64,000 nucleotides of DNA from Octopus sinensis (Eukaryota): positions 116,312,001 through 116,376,000 of the forward strand of contig NC_042997.1 of NCBI RefSeq assembly GCF_006345805.1, written 5' to 3'. Below the pieces are notes generated by a model. That model was not told the DNA's origin. It saw only the letters and a program-made list of their open reading frames with translations, and searched no databases. Position 1 is the first letter of the stretch. Each line of letters begins with the position of its first letter. Positions 41,072-52,724 of this stretch are shown in pieces. A program made the position numbers and the translations under genes.

Positions 41072-41871
41072 TACCGTGATCCTCTGGCCGTGAGTCTGCT
41101 GCCCTAACCACTGGGCCATTGCGCCTCTTCATTGTTATATAAGAAATTTTAAAGGTTGTATTCGTAACTACAGCAACGAAAATTGCTTGTCTACAATTTT
41201 CTTATGTTTTTCCTACTCAGCTATAGAAAAAAAATGTAGTTCCACAGTACTTGGTTGGAGAATGCTGGTTAAATATAGAATTCAAACGTGGAATATTCTA
41301 GATATTAATTTGAAATAATCCACATAAATGTGTTTGGGAAAATGTATATCAATAACTCAATTAGATGGATAATTTTGTTGTAGAAATGTTAAGGAAAATG
41401 CAGGTGAATATTTTTGAGCTCGTGTCAAAGTAATTTGCTTTGAAAAGTGAAATGTGAGCAAGCAGATGAATGGACATAATTAAAGTTAGTTAAGCATGCG
41501 CAAATTTCCTACTGAGGCTATGCCAAGGTAAAAGTCAACTTCTTTGAAAAGAGAGCGAAATGCGACCAAAATAACTATTGACACACATTTGCTGCCAAGA
41601 GAAATAATCAGAGTTTCAGAGGGTCGGTGGGAGAGAGGGAGAGAGAGTTGCCTGCGCCGATTGAATACTGTCAAGTGAGAAAATAAAAGAGATTAGATTT
41701 ATTGTAGTTGTATAGAGAAATTAGCTCCTCATACTATTAGTCAAAGGTGCTAATTTCCATTTGTTTCCAAAATAATACACATGACAGAGGTAAACTAAAA
41801 TGTCGACATTTGATATAGGATCAGTGTAGAGACATTAACCCTTAATGTCTATCGCAAATTTGATATTTAAT

Positions 41872-42516
41872 CTTTTATTCTTTTACTTGTTTCAGTCATT
41901 TGACTACGGCCATGCTGGAGCACTGCCTTTTTTAGTTGAGCAAATCGACCCCAGGACTTATTCTTTGTAAGCCTAGTACTTATTCTATCTGTCTATTTTG
42001 CTGAACCGCTAAGTTACGGGGACATAAACACACCAGCATCGGTTGTCAAGCGATGTTAGGGGAGAAACACAGACACACAGACACACACACATATATATAT
42101 TTCTTTATTGCCCACAAGGGGCTAAACATAGAGGGGACAAACAAAGACAGACAAACGGATTAAGTCGATTACATCAACTCCAGTGCGTAACTGGTACTTT
42201 ATTTATCGACCCCGAAAGGATGAAAGGCAAAGTCGACCTCGGTGGAATTTGAACTCAGAACGTAACGGCAGACAAAATACGGCTGCGCATTTCGCTCGGC
42301 GTGCTAACGTTTCTGCCAGCTCGCCGCCTTAACACACACACACACACACACACACACATATGTATATATATATATACATATATACGACGGGTTTCTTTCA
42401 GTTTCCGTCTACCAAATCTACTCACAACGCTTTGGTCGGCCCGTGACATGCAGTGGGACTGAAACCGGAACCATGTGGTTGGTAAGCAAGCTATTTACCA
42501 CACAGCCACTCCTGCG
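41872..42516 (-). mobile_element. Family-B SINE interrupted by a family-A SINE
   Basis: Tail half 41872-42085 and head half 42385-42516. Confidence 0.8.
42097..42330 (-). mobile_element. Family-A long-tail SINE inserted in the microsatellite middle of a family-B SINE
   Basis: Complete unit; both flanks are (CA)n-CATAT. Confidence 0.85.
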
Positions 42517-42721
42517 CTTCCTGTAGATGCTTCTTTAGAGTTGAACAGAATTTCCGATATTATTTGCTAAATACGTGCACACACATACACACACATGTAT
42601 GTATGTATGTATGTATGTATGTATGTATGCATGTATGCATGTATGTATGTATGTATGTATGTATGTATGTATGTATGTATGTATGTGGTTCGTATGTATG
42701 CATGCTTGTTTGTATGTATTC

Positions 42722-43553
42722 TGCCGATGTAACTGCTCTCTCAGTGTCTCGGCTTGCTGATGATGGCCAAATCCAAGACCCTACTGGAGTTTATAAGCTT
42801 GAAGATTATAAGGAAGCAGATGCTGGATTCGCAATCTGTAGTACCTTAGTCTGAGCTGTGTGAGTTGCCCCACGGTATCACCGACAGAATCATGGCACTT
42901 CGTTTCTATCTATGTGGTGGTAGATACGCTACCCTGATTGGCATCTATGCACCTACCCTCGCGAGTACTGAGGACGACAAGAGCCTGTTCTACGAAGATC
43001 TCCGAAATTTACTGCAATCTTCCCCCAGTTCGGACAAGGTTATCTTCTTTTGTGACTGCAGTTTCAGAATCAACAAGGACTGGCAAATGTGGAGTTTGCT
43101 TTGGACTATATGGAATGGCTAATGTAAATAACAATGGCTTACTCCTGCTCGGAATGTGCACCGAGTTTAAGCTGTTTACATGCAGCACACAAATCCCAGC
43201 CCAAAAGCGATCGTGTAGCAACATGGGTTCATCCAAAATCAAAGCTATGGCATTTGCTGGCCTACGTGATTGTCTTTAAGCGTGACATACGAGATGCATT
43301 TGTAATGTCCGTTCCTTACGTGATGCAGAGTGCTGGACAGATCATGCTTTGGTTGATGGAAGATGCGCTTGGCCATTAAGTCTCCTGCTCGGTCACGTAA
43401 GTCAAACTTACCGAACATTTTGATGATGCTCAACTCCATTCTCCAGTTACACAAGCCATTTTGCAGGACAAACTCGTCATAATAACATATTCCAAATCAT
43501 GGAAGAAAACCCATGATCAAATCTACAATGCCACTAGGGACGTAATTGTTACA
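42722..43553 (+). mobile_element. RTE/BovB-like endonuclease-region fragment, degenerate
   Basis: SRLADDGQ, PHGITDRIMALRF..YATLIGIYAPTL, FYEDL, NNNGLLLL, ATWVHPKSKLWHLLAYVIV. Confidence 0.85.
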
Positions 43554-43629
43554 TTGCAATGATATCATTATTCCGAATATGCCTGATGCACGTTCGAAAT
43601 GGGAAACAAGCTACTCATCACTGCTCTAC

Positions 43630-44886
43630 GCAATGCATTTAATGTTTAGACAAAGGTTTCCGATTTTCATTTAATATCGGATCGCTTCACTTTCACAATT
43701 TACATAAAAACACAAACGCTACGATCTACCCACTTATCCACATCACCTTTCCTATCTAAAGAACAGTAAATTGTTGTTTCAAAATTGATTCGTCTCGAAT
43801 TATATTTCTGTGAAGTGGTCAGCGTTAGGAAGGGCATTCGACCGCAAAAACCATGCCAAAGCTAACACTTGAGTTCATCGCAGTTCTGCGGCTCGTCGAG
43901 TCCTGTCAAACCGTCCAGCCCATGCCAGCATGGAAAAGGGACGTAAAATGATGCGTTTGAATAACACCTTTGTTTTATTGGAATCCTGCTCCAACGCTGA
44001 GGGGTGATTGGCAAAATTCACCTCAGCAGGATTCGAACTCGGAACATAAAGTGGCTGAACAAATCTTGTCTGTACTGCAATATAATTCATACTCACCTTG
44101 GTTACATTTCTTGAAGGCTTCAGTAAGAACAATAGAAAAGAGTTAACTACCAGGTGTTACAGCTTTCTCCAAATCACTGGATTAATTTAATGAAAATGAC
44201 CAAGCAATAAGTGCGATTCTTACCACCAAGAGCAATGCACAAAACCGCCCTTTGCAGAAAAATCTAAAAGAGGCACAGAAGAGACAAGTAAACAATGAGT
44301 TTAAGCAAGCCAAGGCTAATGCAGAACGCACTCTGCAGAAAATGCCTGGTAGTTAACCCTTTTCTTTTGTTCTTACTGAAGCCTTCAAGAACTGTAACCA
44401 AGGTATGTATGTGTTATATCGCAGTACAGGCAAGATTTTTTCAGGCACTTGATGTTTTGAGTTCGAATCCTGCTGAGGTCAGTTTTGCCAGTCATCCCTC
44501 AGAGTTGGAGCGGTGTTCCAATAAAACAAAGGTGTCAGTCAAACGCGAGAAACAAATCTGTTTCACCATCATCATTTAACGTCCATTTTCCATGCTGGAC
44601 GGTTTGACAGAATCCGACGAGCCACAGAACTACGATGAACTCAAGCGTTAGCTTTGTCATGGTTTTTCCGTTCGAATGCCCTTCCTAACGCTGATCACTT
44701 CACAGAAATATAATTCGAGACGAATCAATTTTGCAACAACAATTTACTGTTCTTTACATACGAAAGGTGATGTGGATAAGTGGATAGATTGTAGCGTTTG
44801 AGTTTTCTATATAAATCGTGTAAGTGAATTGATCCGACATTAAATGAAAATCGGAAACCTTTGTCTAAACATTAAATACATCGCAC
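43630..44886. repeat. Inverted duplication: about 525-540-bp arms (43630-44155 / 44344-44886), roughly 88-90% identical by eye
   Basis: gtttagacaaaggtttccgattttcattt.. is mirrored by ..aaatgaaaatcggaaacctttgtctaaac. Both arms contain the same retroposon fragments. Confidence 0.92.
44156..44343 (+). mobile_element. Continuation of the same RTE ORF, forming the spacer of the inverted duplication
   Basis: TAFSKSLD*FNENDQAISAILTTK resembles RTE DWFDEND and follows on from RDVIVT at 43553. tgttaca is duplicated at 43547-43553 and 44155-44161. Confidence 0.65.
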
Positions 44887-45692
44887 TATTTTGTCGATTT
44901 AATTTAATGACCCCTACCCACAAATATTTTTGATCTTGTTCCTTTGTTAGAAGCAAGTATTTTGCTTTCTGGAGACCCGACTTAGAACTGCAGGATTACC
45001 TGCGGGAGGTATATTGCCTGGTCGGGGAGGAAAGGTAAGAGGCCTTAGTGCCTCGATTTGAAATTTGAATTAGTTATTTTTTGGTAAGAGGCTCAGCGCC
45101 TCAACTTGTAAGGACAATTGCGTCCATTCTTTGAACTTTGGTAAGAGGTTCAATACCTCATTTTGTGTTGTTGAGAAAAAGAGAACAATGTTTTCAGGAA
45201 GCAGCAATCGGCGGGCATTGTCTGCTTCCCTCACCAACCATCTTTTCATTTCATTATCATTTGTGTCTTTGTCCAGCCCGCAGCTGCATCTTTGTAAGGT
45301 TGTATGGCCAATTTATGAAATAAAGTATTGTTACGTAATAGCTGTAAGTAAAGACCATTTTCAGAAGAAAAGGTTTGACAACGAACACAGGAACTTTTTA
45401 AAATCCTTCTTACAGTCAGAGATTTTTTAAATGTTAAACACTGATGCAATTTTGCATGTTGATAGTGAAAACCACATTAATTTTCTCCGGAAATCAATCA
45501 TAAAACTGTTTCATGCCCTTCCGATTAGCTAAAATTTGAAATTATAGTTAATCGGAAGTTTCCTTCTTTACCAACATGCATAGACCCCCAAACTCATAAT
45601 TTATTCTAATTTATTAAAACGTGTTATATTCATTAATATCGGTAAAACACATTTTGTAAATCTATTTTATTTACTTTTCTTTTTCTTCGCAG

Positions 45693-46198
45693 GTATTACC
45701 TTCGGCAATGAACATATCGTCTTCCTTATTATCGGTTGTATGGTGCTCTTTTTCATGGTGTGTCTTCCAATTGACTTCTACAACTACCACAAAAAGCGAA
45801 AAGATAAAAAGGATCGACAAGGGTCCAGTATGGTTTACTCTCGAACAGGTCCCAGGCCATTTCATGTAATTGTCAACCAAGAATCAAACACGGAAGAGGC
45901 GCACCAAACGCGACACACGAAAACACGACGTCCCTTTTTCAAGTTTATGGGTCTCGTGGCGCTGCTTAAAAAGAAGCCGACTTCAGGCGACGATCAAGTC
46001 GACAGTATTGTGGACGACGGAGTAACACCATCAACATCAACGAAGTCGATGAGTGTGTCGACGATGTATTGTAACAGTGTAGGACTATCTGCTGATTCGA
46101 TGAGTCCAGCGGAACATATCGAACTGCCAGAGTTACCGTACGACAACGCAAGGAAACCGAAAGAACTTTATAATTTTGTGGACGAAGAAAATTCTTGA
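45693..46198 (+). CDS. Terminal coding exon of a probable single-pass (type I) membrane protein: TM helix, basic stop-transfer, about 135-aa cytoplasmic tail
   Basis: Strong acceptor ttacttttctttttcttcgcag at 45692 (phase 1). The frame reads (G)ITFGNEH-IVFLIIGCMVLFFMVCLPIDFY-NYHKKRKDKK...ELYNFVDEENS*. High-complexity, repeat-free sequence followed by a long AT-rich UTR-like tract. Upstream exons not identified. Confidence 0.72.
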
Positions 46199-47300
46199 TT
46201 ACTTTTGCTAAAATCGAATATCTAAGTGATAAAAATCCGGAATACGAGATTTTGTCGGCAAAAATTAATCCATAGAAGAATTAATAGAAGATTTCTGGAA
46301 GTTGATTTGCCGGGAAACAAAAAAAAAATAAATAAATAATCGAACTTGTTGTGTTCTCCTCCGAATATCTAAATGCTTTCTTGTTGCAAATGCTGCATGA
46401 GACGGAAGTGACGTATAATGAGGCTTTAACAGTTTGCATAGTTCTAATATATTAAAATAATTGGATTTATATGTTTTATAAAAGAAAAAAAAGAACACTT
46501 CCGGTTTTATGCTAACACTTTATGCCAAGTTGCCCCCAAATGGGAAAATATAGGATTGGTTTAATTGACAATTTCCGACCGAAATTATTTTAAATTTTGA
46601 ACTATTTTATAAAATATATGATTCTTCATTTTTACTCTCGGAAAAAAAAAAAAAAATAATAATAATCGATGAATAAAAATAAGCATAATTACAAAAAAGA
46701 AAAAATGAGAGTAAAAATAAACATCTGCATATAACTATTTTCGAGTGGAATATCCGGAAAATAGAAATAATCGATGCATGTCAATAACGGTAATTATAAA
46801 AACGTAATCTTCAAGCTGGGTTTAAAAGCTATGACGAGGGTTAAAGTTAAGAAGAGGTGGTGAGATTTTTATCAACTTGAAATCATTTCTATTTTAATTA
46901 CTGAAACATCCGTAGAGAAGTTTTGTATAGAAAAGTGTTTTGTACGACTGAAATTATTTTAATTGAGTTAAAATGAACAGTAACCTAATTTGTTTGAATT
47001 CTGCTTGGTATATTAACGCTTAAATAATTTAAATATTTCTTAAGAAAACATGTGCCGGAAGTATTGTTAATGTCGGTAAACCAATTGCGTAAAATGACGG
47101 GAAATTAAATGAAAAAAAAACATGAATATTTATTAAATTATTGATTTTTAAGAAGAAAAAAAATTAAAATACATGTAAGAGAAATGTGTTGTAAGATTTT
47201 AAATGTTAAAATAAATTATTGTTTGTTACAAAAGAACACGAAATGGCTGTTTTATTAAAATAAGAAATACGTAAAAACATTGAATCTCGACGAATCGATT
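46199..47300 (+). other. Probable 3'UTR with candidate poly(A) signals
   Basis: SINE-free, very AT-rich. AATAAA at 46672-46677 and 46716-46721. The true end is unknown. Confidence 0.45.
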
Positions 47301-47617
47301 TTGCAAAAACAACTTTTTTCCTTTACATACGAAATGTGAAATTAAAAATAGTGGCGGATGATAAAATATAGGGACTACATCTTATCTCCCACCATCACAT
47401 TTGCGTAAGTGAAGAGATCTTGTTTTAACTGAAAATCGAAAACTGGATTTGTGTAAGAAATACTTCGCAACTCTTTTTGTTGTCCAACGATTCCGGGTTC
47501 CAATCCTCTAAATGTAGAAATCTTCGTTGACAAGTTGACAAAAGGAAATAGAGTTTTAGTCTTAGAATCTGGTTTGCATCTTCGATGCTTTTATAGGAAT
47601 ATTAAATTCCGCAGTTT

Positions 47618-47820
47618 GGCGGCGAGCTAACCGAATCGTTACTGCGCCGTGCATAAAATGCTCAACGGCATTTCATCCGTCTTTATTTTCTAAGTTCAAA
47701 TGCCGCCGAGGTCAACTTTGCTTTTTATCCGTTTGGAATCGATAAAATAAGTAGGTTAAGCATTGGTGCTGATGTAATCGATCCAGCCCCTCCCTCAAAA
47801 TTGCTGGCCTTGTGTCAAAT
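47618..47820 (+). mobile_element. Older family-A SINE (short-tail form)
   Basis: ggcggcgagct...agttcaaatgccgccgaggtcaactttgc...aaaattgctggccttgtg. Confidence 0.75.
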
Positions 47821-48249
47821 ATGGTTGCGGTGGAGGATAAAAGATCATTAGAGGTGTAATATTATGCATTTATAAAGGTTGTGGTAGTTGCAGTTGTGTG
47901 TGTTTACTGAGAAAGAAGGGTGGAACGAAGCTAAATTGCTTTATTCTTATTGAAAGATGCACTTCCGGTTCTAGTTTTGTTCATAGAATTACAAAATATC
48001 TGCTGTGTTGGATATCGTCTTTGATTCCGTTACATATGAGAAACAGAATGTTACTGACGGAAGAAGAGTTGTATGAACTGTGAAGATGTGTTTTAATTAA
48101 AAGTAAATTTAAGGTTATTGGTTTAAGAATAATAATTGAACATTTATTGATGGAAGATCCACTACTGAAAGTAAATTCAAAACTATTAAATTAAATTCAG
48201 TTATAAAATTGGGATTTTCATGTCCACCGGGCGGTATATTTAATGATTT

Positions 48250-48460
48250 CGAATTTTGACACAAGGCCAGCAATTTTAGGGGTGGAGCAAGTCGGTTACA
48301 TCAACCCCAGTGCTCCACTGATACTTATGTCAGCGACCCCCGAGAAGATGAAAAGTAAAATCGGCCTCGACGGAATTTGAACTCAGATCGTAAAGACGGA
48401 CGAAATGCTGCTAAACGTTTTGTCCGGCACATTAACGATTCTGCCCGCTCGCTGACTTGG
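48250..48460 (-). mobile_element. Older family-A SINE (short-tail form)
   Basis: Reverse complement of the same head, core and tail. Confidence 0.72.
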
Positions 48461-48686
48461 CCGTATATTTAATAACAAGCCGTCATAAGAAACTGATTTT
48501 AATAAATGTAATTTAATTAAAAGCAATAATGATAATCAGAACATTAATGTACAGAAGTGGGTTGAGGCAACTTAATCCTGAAGTGCAATGGTGTTGATGG
48601 AACCTGGGACCGAGAGATTTTAATAATGGAAGGCAAGGTTTACGATATTGGAAGAATATCATCTCCTTCCATCATCTTGTTCTTTA

Positions 48687-49501
48687 TGTAGTTGAGGCTT
48701 CCGGCAGGCGAAGAAAAAAGTCTTCAAGTACAACTGCTATTTACAACTGATTTATTTACAGGAAAAGGTGAAGTGTGCTGCTCTCAGCTACCATCTTAAG
48801 CACCGATAGTGTGGGCGCATTGCCTCTGGAGATAGACAGGCAGAAAAGCTCTGCCAGTGGTGGTGATCAGCCATTGCTGCTGAGTAGTGGCGCCGAAGAA
48901 GAGAGGTCTGAATCGGTTTACCCTTTATATAGTTTTTTTTTTCCATCGCGAGCCTCGTTGTGATCTCATGCATGGCAAATGGATGCAGGTGAGGTCTCGC
49001 TCCTGTCGCGGTCAATTCAACTCCGGACGTGGGCTGGTGAATTACTTCGCTGCCCATTTGTCCAGCAAGATCCGTCTGGAGAAGAGGAGCCTGCAGCAAA
49101 GAGGCTTTTCGAAAAAGATGGACGACAGTGGTAAGAAAGATGAGAATGTACGAGGCTGTGCTTGCACGGTCGTTCGGAATATAAAAGAAAGGAAAAAGAT
49201 TACCAAAAAGGGATAACCAACCGGCGGGTTAACTCACTAACCCGGACCCAAAACTCATCCGATCATCATCTACATTTATATTTTTAACCCTCATTCACAA
49301 TATATGTAAACCCATCCGGTTTTTCACACTGTATGTAAGAAGCGAGTTTGTACCTTGAATGTCCCTTGTCTGTCCTTGTAATGTCCCCTCTATGTAAAAC
49401 CCTTATAGGTTAATAAAGAAATATCTCGCTCTAGTTTCGGAGATGGCAATGGCTGCCGCGAGATCTCATCCAATATGGCGCTGGCTGCTTGTGCCGCTAC
49501 A
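48687..49501 (-). mobile_element. Putative solo LTR, interrupted by copy A
   Basis: TGTAG...CTACA termini. On the minus strand, CTATATAAA (48932-48924) precedes AATAAA (48756-48751). About 390 bp without the insert. No TSD, PBS or PPT found. Confidence 0.35.
49003..49423 (+). mobile_element. 421-bp Tx1-derived 3' element, copy A
   Basis: Encodes NYFAAHLSSKIRLEKRSL, similar to the LINE ORF2 end FHLKRKLWLEKRCL. Tail ..aataaagaaata. 8-bp TSD tctcgctc at 48995-49002 and 49424-49431. Confidence 0.82.
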
Positions 49502-49864
49502 AGATCATGTCGACATATTCTGAAGCAGCGATGCCTGATAAGTAAAGGGTGACGGAGTCCGTTGATGTACATCTCTGCTTGGAAATCCTTGAACTAGACA
49601 TGGCTGAAAGTTTCACTGATGTTAGATACATAAAAATATTACCATTTTTTAAAGCAATTTCCAGGATTAGCAACTATTGGTTAAAATTTGATAAATGCCG
49701 CGAAACGGTGGTAAAAGTGTTCAGTTGTAAAAGCGATACCAGGAATATTGTGAGATGTTGTTGTTGCAGTTGTTGTTATCTTCACCCACTTCAGCCCCTC
49801 ATCGAGAAGACACGATTTATGATTAAAAGTATTCAAATTGTAACCAACCCGACTTTTATTGGTA

Positions 49865-50179
49865 CTACTAGCGAACAGTGGTCCCGGTGCGCGCACTCGC
49901 ACATCCGCGCTAGCTAGTCGTAAGCAGTCGATCCTACAACGACTTTTTAACCCTAACCCTAAACCTAATTTTTAAACCCTAAACCTAACCCCAACCTTAG
50001 TTTGTTTTAAAAAAATAATTTACTTTGCGTTTTATTTACTTTGTTCGAAAAATATTATTTAATTTTCTTTAATATGTATTCAGCCTTGAAATACAAACAT
50101 ACGCGCAAGTCGATGTAGGATAGACTACTTACTACTAGCTAGCGCGAGTGCGCGCACCAGGACCACTGTTCGCTAGTAG
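49865..50179. mobile_element. MITE-like element with about 80-bp inverted arms and an internal degenerate CCCTAA tract
   Basis: ctactagcgaacagtggtcc.. pairs with ..ggaccactgttcgctagtag. TA on both flanks. aaccctaaccctaaacct at 49949-49997. Confidence 0.72.
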
Positions 50180-50579
50180 TACAACTTTTCTTCAGGCAAT
50201 TATCCTCATTTAAAGACGATAGGACGGGTGCTGTTTTAGAGAGAACAAAAGGCTATTTCTAGCAGGTCGAGAAACAACGCAACGGCTTTCTTGTTGGTTC
50301 GTTTTTAAAGTTGCCTACAACATCTAGGTGAAGGCGCGTGACCAGGTGGTTAGGGTGATATTCACGATCGTAAGATCACAGTTTCGATTTCCAGACCGAG
50401 CAATGCGTTATGTTCTTGAGCAAAACACTTCACTTCACGTTCCTCCAGTCCACTCAGATGTAAATGAGTGACCCTACAATGGACCGATGTCCTGTTTAGG
50501 AGGCGTGATGTGATCTCGGTTACTTATACGTCATGGGAACCAGATAACCAGCCTGGTGAGTCCTAGGGATCAACAGAGA

Positions 50580-51000
50580 TATTTCTTTATTTGCCTATAA
50601 AAAGGTTTACATAGAGGGGACATTACAAGGACGGACAAGGGACATTTAGGGTACAAACACGCTTGTTATATACACTATAAAAAAAAACGAATGGATTTAC
50701 ATATATTTTGCGGATGGGAGTTAAAAATATAAATGATGGTTAGATGAAATTTGGGTCCGGGTTAGTGAATTAACCCGCCGGTTGGTTATCCCTATTGGTA
50801 ATCTTTTTCCTTTCTTTTATGCTCTGACCGACCGTGCAAGCACAGCCTCGTGCATTCTCATCTTTCTTACCACTGTCGTCCATCTTTTTCGAAAATCCTC
50901 TTTGCAGCAGGCTCCTCTTTTCCAGACGGATCTTGCTGGATAGATGGGCAGCGAAGTAATTCACCAGCCCACGTCCGGAGATGAATTGACTTGTCGCAAT
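50580..51000 (-). mobile_element. 421-bp Tx1-derived 3' element, copy B (inverted relative to A)
   Basis: Reverse-complement homolog of 49003-49423. 17-bp TSD ctagggatcaacagaga at 50563-50579 and 51001-51017. Confidence 0.88.
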
Positions 51001-51395
51001 CTAGGGATCAACAGAGAGCACACACACACACAGCATCCTTGTTGCTCAAGCATCACCTTTTTTAAGTACTTTCTAGGATCTTCTAGTCCTTTACCCAGAA
51101 GTGACTTGCTGACCTTGCTTGGATTGACTTCGTGTAAGAAAAAATGTTTCCACGTTGTTTAACGTCGATAATTGGGTGACAACCAGCGTTTTCATTGTGA
51201 TATAAAAATATTTCTATTCAAGTAAACTGAATATAGATGTTTCCGAGAGACAGATGGAATTTAATAAAAAAAATTACAAAAGCTGCAAAGTAATTGTATG
51301 AATACAATGTATTAACGTACAACGTTAGCTTACATGAAATGTTGAACATAACGAGGTTAAAGAGCGGCTGATTATTAAAGGAATAAAACGATATA

Positions 51396-51812
51396 TATTT
51401 CTTTATTGCTCACAAGGGGCTAAACATAGAGGGGACAAATAAGAACAGACAAACGGACCAAGCCGATTACATCGACTTCAATGCGTAACTGGTACTTAAT
51501 TTATCGACCCCGAAAGGATGAAAGGCAAAGTCGACCTCGGCGGAATTTGAACTCAGAACGTAACGGCAGACAAAATACTTATTTCTTTACTACCCACATG
51601 GGGCTAAACACAGAGAAGACAAACAAGGACAGACATAGGTATTAAGTCGATTACATCGACCCCAGTGCGTAACTGGTACTTAATTTATCGACCCCGAAAG
51701 GATGAAAGGCAAAGTCGACCTCGGCGGAATTTGAACTCAGAACGTAGCGGCAGACGAAATACCGATAAGAATTTCGCCCGGCGTGCTAACGCTTCTGCCA
51801 GCTCGCCGCCTA
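51396..51812 (-). mobile_element. Family-A long-tail SINE dimer with 14-bp TSD
   Basis: aataaaacgatata at 51382-51395 and 51813-51826. Internal junction at the standard site near 51579. Confidence 0.9.
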
Positions 51813-52724
51813 AATAAAACGATATACGGAAGGAAAGTGGTTTACTTTGGTATAAGTGTGAGAAGTTGACAAGGGAAAGCACTCAGAAGAGAAAAAGTCT
51901 AAGACCAATGAAGACATACGAAGTGTGTTGTTTGGCTTTTCTTTGATTTAACTTTGCAGCACACCTAATACATCTTCACCAATAAAACCAAACTGACAAC
52001 ACGAATGAGACAAGCAGACGGTATGTTTTGATTAAATTTTTAGTTACACGAGACATCTTACAAACAAGGGTGAGAAATAAATAGTCATGATGTGACTGTT
52101 GTAGTTCGACTACTTGTCCTTGTTTTATTAGAACAAATACATAAACCGAAACAGATTCATATAATTATTATATTGCATAAAACAATTAGACATAGCGCCT
52201 GAATGTCTGTTTGCCTTCACCAACAAACCTATTCACTATCTAGTTCACTATTCTACTGTTTATTTAAGAGAACTTTGACTTTCTTCATAACTTGAATATA
52301 TTCGTTAAGGTCTCTCTATTGCCATTAGATAATTAAGGTATCTTAAAGTGACTTTATTATAAGTAAAAGCATTCTTTAAAAAATGTATTGTGACAATATT
52401 GAAATTCATCTTTCTTATTATTTTTTATAATATTGTGTGAGGCACTCGTCTGAATAATTCCATGAGATGAAAAGCGTTAACAACGATATAGAAAATGAAT
52501 GAGTTATTTAATGGGCTATTGTAGAGGGTGGTCTAAAAGTTTTGTTACTCACTACTAGAAAGTAATGAGAGCAATAGAAAAACAAGTAATGCAGTATCCC
52601 AAAGCACGAACTGGGTTTAGTTTATTCACTTTCATTGACGCTGTCACATTTGTATGAACACCGTCATTTTCGTGGCACATAATAATGCAGCACCATGTTC
52701 TGTGTGATATTTTTCGAAGACGGA

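Noticed and set aside
49949-49997. Interstitial telomere or chromosome-fusion scar
   Set aside because: The tract is short, degenerate and enclosed by MITE-like inverted arms.
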